From: Planctomycetota bacterium
GTDB lineage: Bacteria; Planctomycetota; B15-G4
Reading direction: 5' to 3'
Assembly: GCA_038212275.1 (NCBI GenBank)
Contig: JBBQUR010000003.1
Span: 64,001-128,000, forward strand
Length of the DNA: 64,000 bases
The position numbers and the translations under genes were made by a program. Of this stretch, positions 57,720 through 64,000 are shown piece after piece. Each line of letters begins with the position of its first letter. Positions within the stretch are counted from its first letter, which is position 1. The notes beneath the pieces were generated by a model that was not told where the DNA came from, did no database searches, and saw nothing but the letters and a program-made list of their open reading frames with translations.

Positions 57720-57746
57720 GTTACCTCCCGTGATAACGCTTGTCAA
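57720..57746 (-). promoter_or_regulatory. Putative TA promoter/operator
   Basis: Perfect TTGACA (57741-57746) followed by imperfect palindrome GTTATC-N6-GGTAAC, which includes GGGAGG. Confidence 0.45.
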
Positions 57747-57782
57747 CCTGCACGCCCTTTTGACTTCTCGATTGCTCGATGA

Positions 57783-57824
57783 CACGGCTGCACGGCTGCA
57801 CGGCTGCACGGCTGCACGGCTGCA
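57783..57824. repeat. Octamer tandem repeat (CACGGCTG)x5
   Basis: Read directly from the sequence. Confidence 0.85.
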
Positions 57825-57962
57825 TGGGCGGGCCATGCGCCGGTTGCGTCGCAGCGACGATGGCCCACGCATCAGGCAGGGAAGGGGCCGAGCGGCTGGG
57901 GTTACCTCAGCGCAGCGAGTCCGCCAACGGATACCCGGGAGACACCCGACGTGAGCTTCGGC

Positions 57963-59528
57963 TCAGCTCGCCGCGAGAATCCGCCGTGCGCCCTTCGCCA
58001 GGCTCGATTCGAAGGACGCACGCCGCACGGCGCGCGCGCGGCGGCGCTCGGAGGATTGCAGCTCGTGGCGCAGTGCGGCGGGGAGCAGGTCGGTGATCGC
58101 GTCGCACTCCACGCCGCCCTTGTGCGCGTGGTCGAAGCCGGCCAGCGCGCGGTCGTAACCCTGCTGGCCTGGCACGCGCTTGCAGCCGTGCACCAGCGCG
58201 GCGACGACCTCGGCGCGGTCCGCGAGCGTCAGCGACGGATGCGTCGCGATGCGCGCGCCCCAGTCGTCGAAGCAGGGCCCCAGCGGCAGCAGCAGATCCG
58301 GGCTGCCGCGCAGGCAACGCGCCTCGCGCAGCGGGTAGTGGCGATGTCCCTCGGACGCGAGCAACTCGCGGTAGAGCGCACCGGCCTGCAGGAAGGCGCC
58401 GCCGTAGCGGGCGTGGCCGGCGGCCGGCGCCTCGCCGCCGACGAGCGCAGGGCCGCTGCGCACGAGGTCGCCGTAGCGATCCTTCTGTGCGGCGCCGACG
58501 CGCTTGCCGCTCTTCGCGGCGAGGCCCTGCATGACGTCGCCGGCATTGTGCGTGAGGATCGCGGCGAGCTGCAGCAGCGCCAGCTCGCGCCCCGGCTTCG
58601 CCGCGCAGGCGAGAAACACGGCGGCTTCGCGCGACAGCTCCGCATCGATCTCGTGCTCGAAGCGCGCCGCGCCAGGCTCGTCGCCCGCCGCGAGCAGGCC
58701 GAGCATGCCGCCGCACAGGACGGAGAGCCGCTCTCCGTCGTGCCCGGAAACGACGTCCGGGAGGCTCGTGCCGATCGCACGCGCGTCGCTCGCGTCGGCG
58801 AAGCCTGTTCCCGTCCGTTGCGCGGTCACGACTGCGGTCGTCGACGCCGACGCACTTGCCGCGCCCGCCGCGCCCGTCGCGCCCGACACGCCCGACACGC
58901 CCGACACGCCCGACACGCCCGACACGCCCGACACGCCTGCCTCGACCCAGCGCGCGCTGATGCCGCGGATGTCCCAACCGGCCAGCGCGAGCGCGAGCTC
59001 GACCATGCGCGCCAGTTCCTCGGGAGGCTGGTCCTCGAACCAGAGCGCATGGCGGATCTTCGCGTCCACGTCGGTGGGCACGTAGCTCGCGACGGAGGCC
59101 CAGTGCGCGGCGAGGCACAGCGCGAAGTAGTCGGTGCGCGACGCGGCGTCGGGCAGCGCCGTCGCGACGAGCAGTTCCGGCCGGCGCGAGTGCGCCATGA
59201 GGATGCGCCACCAGCCCAGCGGATGCGCGCCGAGGTCCGACAGCCGCACGCCCTGAGGCACCGAGGCATCGTCCGGCAGACGGCCGGCGTCGGGATGGCT
59301 GCCGTCGAACAACCACGGCGCCGCGACATGCACCAGGCCGACGAGCGTGCGCGGCCCGATGAACCCGCCGAAAGCACCGGACGGCTCCGGCGAGGGTGCG
59401 TCGGCCGAAGGATTCGGCACGGGCGCAACCGTCGGCGGGGGGCGAGAGGTCGGCCATCGGCTTCCGGCTGCGGGACGGTGGAGCGCCTGCGGATCTCGCT
59501 GGCGCGCGGCGGCGAGCGAGTGTGTCAA
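57963..59528 (-). CDS. Conserved hypothetical helical protein with His motifs
   Basis: Long GC3-biased ORF; AAHW...PTDVD, SGHDGE, THNAGD, EGHRHY; start uncertain. Confidence 0.65.
   Translation of the reverse strand: MTHSLAAARQRDPQALHRPAAGSRWPTSRPPPTVAPVPNPSADAPSPEPSGAFGGFIGPRTLVGLVHVAAPWLFDGSHPDAGRLPDDASVPQGVRLSDLGAHPLGWWRILMAHSRRPELLVATALPDAASRTDYFALCLAAHWASVASYVPTDVDAKIRHALWFEDQPPEELARMVELALALAGWDIRGISARWVEAGVSGVSGVSGVSGVSGVSGATGAAGAASASASTTAVVTAQRTGTGFADASDARAIGTSLPDVVSGHDGERLSVLCGGMLGLLAAGDEPGAARFEHEIDAELSREAAVFLACAAKPGRELALLQLAAILTHNAGDVMQGLAAKSGKRVGAAQKDRYGDLVRSGPALVGGEAPAAGHARYGGAFLQAGALYRELLASEGHRHYPLREARCLRGSPDLLLPLGPCFDDWGARIATHPSLTLADRAEVVAALVHGCKRVPGQQGYDRALAGFDHAHKGGVECDAITDLLPAALRHELQSSERRRARAVRRASFESSLAKGARRILAAS
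58872..58937. repeat. In-frame 9-mer repeat (GCCCGACAC)n encoding GVS
   Basis: Read directly from the sequence. Confidence 0.85.
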
Positions 59529-59560
59529 ACTCCGCGCCCGTCCCGCGAGGAGTTGCCGCG

Positions 59561-61171
59561 ATGCGTCACGTGCCGAATGCCTGCCTGCTGGTTTCGCTGC
59601 TGCTCACAGCGTGCAGCGCGCCCGCCACCGACGCCGGATCTGCACATGCTGCCGGGCCCGCCGCCGACACCGCGCGCTCAGGCGCGGCCTCGGTCGGCTC
59701 CGCGCAGGCAGGCGCCGCTGCGGCGGCCGATGCGCGCGGCCCGGCAGCGGCGCGCGCCGACTTTTCCGAGAAGCCGGAGACGATCATCGTCGCGGGGCGC
59801 GTGCCGGCGGCGGACGTCGAGGCCTATCGCCCCGCCGTGACGGCGCTCATCCGCGAGGCGCTGGTGAACGGGCAGGCATACACGAAGCTGGTGTCCTTGT
59901 GCGCGACGGCGCCGCACCGTCTGTCCGGATCACCCGGCGCGGCGGCGGCCGTGGAGTGGGTGCGCAACACGCTCGTCGCGGACGGCATGGAGAACGTCAC
60001 GCTCGATCCGTGCATGGTGCGGCACTGGGTGCGCGGCGACGTCGCGGAGCTGGTCGTCGTGGCCCCGCCGGAGCTGGCCGGCGAGAGCTTTCCGATCCTC
60101 GCGCTCGGCGGCAGCGTGGCCACGGAAGAGCCGGGACTCTCCGCGGAAGTCGTCGAGGTCACGAGCTGGGAGCAGCTCGACAGGCTGGGCGGCGCCGTTG
60201 ACGGCAAGATCGTCTTCTTCAACCGGCCGATGGATGCCTCGCTGCTCTCGACGGGCGCGGCCTACGGCGGCGCGGTGGACCAGCGCGGCCGCGGAGCCAG
60301 CGCGGCCGCACGGCTGGGCGGCGTCGGCGCGATCGTGCGCTCGATGACCACGCGCCTCGACGACTTTCCGCACACCGGGGCGATGGGCTACGCCGAGGGC
60401 GTGCCGAAGGTGCCGACGGCCGCGGTCTCCACGCTCGGCGCGGAGCGACTCTCGCTCATGCTGCGCAGCGGCGCGAAGGTCTCGGTGCGCCTGCGCCTGA
60501 ACTGCGAGACGCTGCCCGACGCGCCGTCGGCGAACGTGCTCGGCGAAATCGTCGGCAGCGAGCTGCCCGACGAGGTCGTCGTCATCGGCGGGCATCTCGA
60601 CTGCTGGGATGTCGGGCAGGGCGCGCACGACGACGGCGGCGGCGTGTGCCAGTCGCTCGAGGCGCTGCGCCTCATCAAGGCCACCGGCATGAAGCCGCGG
60701 CGCACGATCCGCGCCGTGGCCTTCATGAACGAGGAAAACGGCGGGCGCGGCGCGGAGGCCTACTACGAGCATCACCTGCCGGCAATGGACAAGCACGTGC
60801 TGGCGATCGAGACCGACGGAGGTTCGTTCACGCCGCGCGGTTTCTCCGCCAGCGCGCAGGGCGAGTCCTTCGAGCGCCTCGCGGACATCGCCGCGCTGCT
60901 CAGCGAGACCGGCATCACGTGGTTGCGCCCGGGGAGCGGCGGCGCGGACGTGGATCCGATGCGCGCCAGCGGCGTCACCGTGATGGGCTACAGCTGCGAC
61001 GGCCAGCGCTACTTCGACCTGCACCACAGCAACCGCGACACCATCGACGCCGTCAGCCCGCGCGAGATCAACCTGAGCGCCGCCTGCCTCGCCGCCATGG
61101 CCTACGTCGTCGCCGACATGGAGGCACCCCTGCCCCGCACGCCGCCCCCCGCACCCGCCACGGATGACTGA
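59561..61171 (+). CDS. M28 family peptidase (carboxypeptidase Q-like) lipoprotein
   Basis: Lipobox LLTAC, GGHLDCWD, GAHDDG, NEENG, YFDLHHS..DT; PA domain. Confidence 0.9.
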   Translation: MRHVPNACLLVSLLLTACSAPATDAGSAHAAGPAADTARSGAASVGSAQAGAAAAADARGPAAARADFSEKPETIIVAGRVPAADVEAYRPAVTALIREALVNGQAYTKLVSLCATAPHRLSGSPGAAAAVEWVRNTLVADGMENVTLDPCMVRHWVRGDVAELVVVAPPELAGESFPILALGGSVATEEPGLSAEVVEVTSWEQLDRLGGAVDGKIVFFNRPMDASLLSTGAAYGGAVDQRGRGASAAARLGGVGAIVRSMTTRLDDFPHTGAMGYAEGVPKVPTAAVSTLGAERLSLMLRSGAKVSVRLRLNCETLPDAPSANVLGEIVGSELPDEVVVIGGHLDCWDVGQGAHDDGGGVCQSLEALRLIKATGMKPRRTIRAVAFMNEENGGRGAEAYYEHHLPAMDKHVLAIETDGGSFTPRGFSASAQGESFERLADIAALLSETGITWLRPGSGGADVDPMRASGVTVMGYSCDGQRYFDLHHSNRDTIDAVSPREINLSAACLAAMAYVVADMEAPLPRTPPPAPATDD

Positions 61172-61264
61172 CCGCGCCGCCCGCCCGCGCCCGTGCCCGC
61201 GCCCGCGCCCGGCCGCGACCGATGGGCCCGCTTGCGACGGATGGCGACCCTCATGCCGCGGGAT

Positions 61265-61297
61265 GTGTGATGTAGAGGCACTGCCTCAACATCACAC
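61265..61297. promoter_or_regulatory. 33-bp near-perfect palindrome
   Basis: GTGTGATGTAGAGGCA-C-TGCCTCAACATCACAC, 15/16 arm match. Confidence 0.5.
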
Positions 61298-61344
61298 GAG
61301 TGACGCGAGTCGCACGCGCGCTTCGGTCCGACCTCCGCCCGATG

Positions 61345-61415
61345 CGGCCGAACGTGGCCGAACGTGGCCGAACGTGGCCGAACACGACCAAATTCGGCCG
61401 GATTCGGCCGAACTG
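61345..61415. repeat. Decamer tandem repeat (GGCCGAACGT)n
   Basis: Read directly from the sequence. Confidence 0.8.
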
Positions 61416-61522
61416 GGCCTCCCACGTGGGCTCGACACGAAGGAAGCGCCGGGGCTTCGGTTAGACTCATGTCTTCGCATTCACAGTCGCGGCGGTCCGC
61501 TGCCGAAGAAGTCGAGGTGAAG

Positions 61523-62146
61523 ATGAAGCGCCTCCCGTCCCTGCCGACCCTGCTGCTCGCCCTGGTGGCGGGCGCCGGTGCCCTTGGCTGTTCGGGCATG
61601 AGCGACTTCCTGTCGGGCTCCGGCTCGTCGACGCCGCCGGTCGCGCAGTCTCCGGCCGAGCGGCCGGCTTCGGCGCGCGCCGACATCCTCGCCTCCGATG
61701 CCTCCGCGCAGCAGCTGGAGGATCTGACGACCGCGCTCGCACGCTTGAACGCGACGCAGGCCCAGTTGCAAGTGACCTTGCAGGACCTGCAGGCGAGTGC
61801 GGCGACGCAGGCCGAGGCCGCGCGGCTTTCCACGATGGAGATCCAGGTGGCGCGGCGTGAGGCCGTGCTTGCGATGGTCGTGGCCGTCACGCTCAGCGTC
61901 GTCGTGCTGCTGCTCGCGGCCATCCTCATCGGTCAGCGCGTGCAGATGAAGCGCGCGGCGCGGGCGCTGGCCCGGGCCGAAGCCGGGGCCGACACTTCGC
62001 CGGATTCCTCCTCGACGCAGGCCGCACACGTCCACGCGAAGGATGGCCAGGAAGGCAAGGACGGCAAGGACGGCATGACCGCCCCGCGCCGTCAGCCCGA
62101 CGGCAGCAATGTCGCGCGGCTGCGCAAGCGCCCCCCGGTGGGTTAG
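61523..62146 (+). CDS. Hypothetical lipoprotein with coiled coil and C-proximal TM
   Basis: Lipobox ALGC, GAGGTG RBS, heptad-like segment, hydrophobic helix. Confidence 0.6.
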   Translation: MKRLPSLPTLLLALVAGAGALGCSGMSDFLSGSGSSTPPVAQSPAERPASARADILASDASAQQLEDLTTALARLNATQAQLQVTLQDLQASAATQAEAARLSTMEIQVARREAVLAMVVAVTLSVVVLLLAAILIGQRVQMKRAARALARAEAGADTSPDSSSTQAAHVHAKDGQEGKDGKDGMTAPRRQPDGSNVARLRKRPPVG

Positions 62147-62156
62147 TCTCCGGCGC

Positions 62157-63464
62157 ATGACGCGCCGACGACCCGCCCGTTCTTCACGCCCTGCCTCGCG
62201 CGCCTCGCGCGCCTCCCGCGTCTCGCGCGACGCTTTCGATCCCACGCCCGCGGATCGCTTCAGCTTCGGCCTGTGGACCGTCGGCAATCCGGGGCGCGAC
62301 CCGTTCGGCCTGCCGACGCGGCCTGTGCAGGATCCGTGCGCGCTCGTTGCGGGCCTCGCGGCGTGCGGCGCCTGGGGCGTCAACCTGCACGACAATGACC
62401 TGTTGCCGTTCGGGGTCGGCGCCGCCGAGCGCGAGCGCATCCTGCGCGAGTTCAAGGCCGCGCTGCGCGAGCACGGCCTCGTCGTGCCGATGGCCACCAC
62501 CAACCTCTTCGGGCACCCGGTCTTCAAGGACGGCGCCTTCACGAGCAACGACCCGTCGGTGCGCGCCTTCGCGCTGCGCAAGACGATGGACGCGCTGGAC
62601 CTCGGCGCGGAACTGGGCGCGAAGCTCTTCGTCTTCTGGGGCGGGCGAGAAGGCAGCGAGGCCGATGCCTGTCGCGACCCGCGCGCCGCGCTGGGACGCC
62701 TGCGCGATGCGGTCGACTTCCTGTGCGCCTACGCGACCGAGCAGCGCTACGGCATGCGCTTCGCGCTCGAGGCCAAGCCCAACGAGCCGCGCGCGGACAT
62801 CTACCTGCCCACGACGGGCCACATGCTGCACTTCATCTCCACGCTCGCGAAGCCGGAGATGGTCGGCGTCAACCCCGAGGTCGCGCACGAGACCATGGCC
62901 GGGCTGTCCTTCGCGCATGGCGTCGCGCAGGCGATGGAAGCCGGCAAGCTCTTTCACATCGACCTCAACGCGCAGAAGATCGGGCGCTACGACCAGGACC
63001 TGCGCTTCGGCAGCGAGGACCTCAAGGGCGCCTTCCTGCTGGTGCGGCTGCTCGAAGGCACGGCCAGCGTGCACGTCGGCAAGGCCGAGCGCGCGCGAGC
63101 CGCCTCGCGCGGCGCCTATCTCCGCTACGACGGCCCGCGGCATTTCGACGCCCACGCCTACCGCAGCGAGGACATGGACGGCGTGTGGGACTTCGCCCGC
63201 GGCTGCATGCGCACCTACAAGCTGCTGGCCGCACGCGCGACCGCCTTCGATGCCGATCCCGAGGTCAAGGAGCTCATCGCGAACGCGGGCGCCGCCGACG
63301 CGCGCATCGCCTCGTCGACCGAGGAACTGCTGCACGGCTTCACGCGCCGCAAGGCCTCGGCCCTGCGCGCGCTGCCGCTGGACCCCGACGCCCTCGCCGC
63401 GCGCGGCCTGCGCTACGAGCGCCTCGACCAGCTCCTCACCGAGCACCTCCTCGGCGCGCGATGA
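62157..63464 (+). CDS. xylA: Xylose isomerase (class I, actinobacterial/Thermus type)
   Basis: [51 protein letters not shown]. Confidence 0.95.
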   Translation: MTRRRPARSSRPASRASRASRVSRDAFDPTPADRFSFGLWTVGNPGRDPFGLPTRPVQDPCALVAGLAACGAWGVNLHDNDLLPFGVGAAERERILREFKAALREHGLVVPMATTNLFGHPVFKDGAFTSNDPSVRAFALRKTMDALDLGAELGAKLFVFWGGREGSEADACRDPRAALGRLRDAVDFLCAYATEQRYGMRFALEAKPNEPRADIYLPTTGHMLHFISTLAKPEMVGVNPEVAHETMAGLSFAHGVAQAMEAGKLFHIDLNAQKIGRYDQDLRFGSEDLKGAFLLVRLLEGTASVHVGKAERARAASRGAYLRYDGPRHFDAHAYRSEDMDGVWDFARGCMRTYKLLAARATAFDADPEVKELIANAGAADARIASSTEELLHGFTRRKASALRALPLDPDALAARGLRYERLDQLLTEHLLGAR

Positions 63465-64000
63465 CGCCGCTGTATCTCGGCCTCGATGTCGGAACGCAGG
63501 GCACCAAGGCGCTGCTCGTCGAGGGCGAGAGCGGCGCTGTGATCGCGCGGGCGGGCGTGGCGACGGCGCTCATCGAGGGCCTGCCGTCGGGCGCGGCGGA
63601 GCAGCATCCCGAGACCTGGGTGTCCGCCGTGCACGAGGCGACGGCGGACGTGCTCGCCGCGGCCGCGCGCAGCCTCGGCCTGTCGGTCGCTGCCATCGCG
63701 GCGCGCGTCGCAGGCGTCGGAGTGTCGGGCCAACAGCACGGGCTCGTGGTGCTCGACGAACACGGCGCCGTGCTGCGCGCGGCGAAGCTGTGGTGCGATA
63801 CATCCACTGCGCCCGAGGCAGCGGAATTGGCGGCGGCGCTCGGGCGGCCGGTGCCGACGGGCTTCACGGCGAGCAAGCTCCTGTGGCTCGCCCGGCACGA
63901 GCCGGCGACGTGGGCTCGCGTGCGCCGCGTCCTGCTGCCGCACGACTACCTCAACTTCGTCCTCACCGGCCGCGCGACGATGGAGGCCGGCGACGCCTCG
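63461..64000 (+). CDS. xylB: Xylulokinase (partial)
   Basis: [49 protein letters not shown] overlap with xylA. Confidence 0.92.
   Translation, partial: MTPLYLGLDVGTQGTKALLVEGESGAVIARAGVATALIEGLPSGAAEQHPETWVSAVHEATADVLAAAARSLGLSVAAIAARVAGVGVSGQQHGLVVLDEHGAVLRAAKLWCDTSTAPEAAELAAALGRPVPTGFTASKLLWLARHEPATWARVRRVLLPHDYLNFVLTGRATMEAGDAS

Noticed and set aside
61345..61415. Repeat tracts as a possible CRISPR array
   Set aside because: Units are 7-12 nt with no unique spacers, and no cas genes are seen.

Overview
Very GC-rich bacterial chromosomal segment, probably Planctomycetota (inferred from DUF1570-like peptidases, prepilin-type proteins, carboxypeptidase-regulatory-domain proteins, a sulfatase-like protein and a BlaI/M56 pair). 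Most of it is housekeeping or envelope genes: exbD, an S9 peptidase, a four-gene minor-pilin cluster, speA with a DUF350/glutathionylspermidine-synthase-like operon, add, an acyl-CoA synthetase, hpt and PNP, a UbiD/MqnL decarboxylase, MPG, dusB, a sugar ABC transporter, an ABC-F ATPase, an M28 peptidase and xylAB. The best candidate for an undescribed system is the minus-strand operon at 51120-56273. There a variant SAM-I (S-box)-like riboswitch with an RBS-sequestering hairpin leads five genes, the first four translationally coupled: a small basic protein, a MoxR-type AAA+ ATPase, an unknown protein, a HExxH+VWA protein and a strongly divergent MetK. A DUF4160-like toxin-antitoxin pair lies beside it. 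Other observations: a His/Cys motif duplicated inside a pilin, a shared C-terminal domain in two unrelated secreted proteins, tandem palindromic BlaI-type operators, two small genes not called by the ORF track, several broken genes, pervasive short tandem repeats and a leaderless-mRNA signature. All calls are from motif recognition only; no searches were run.
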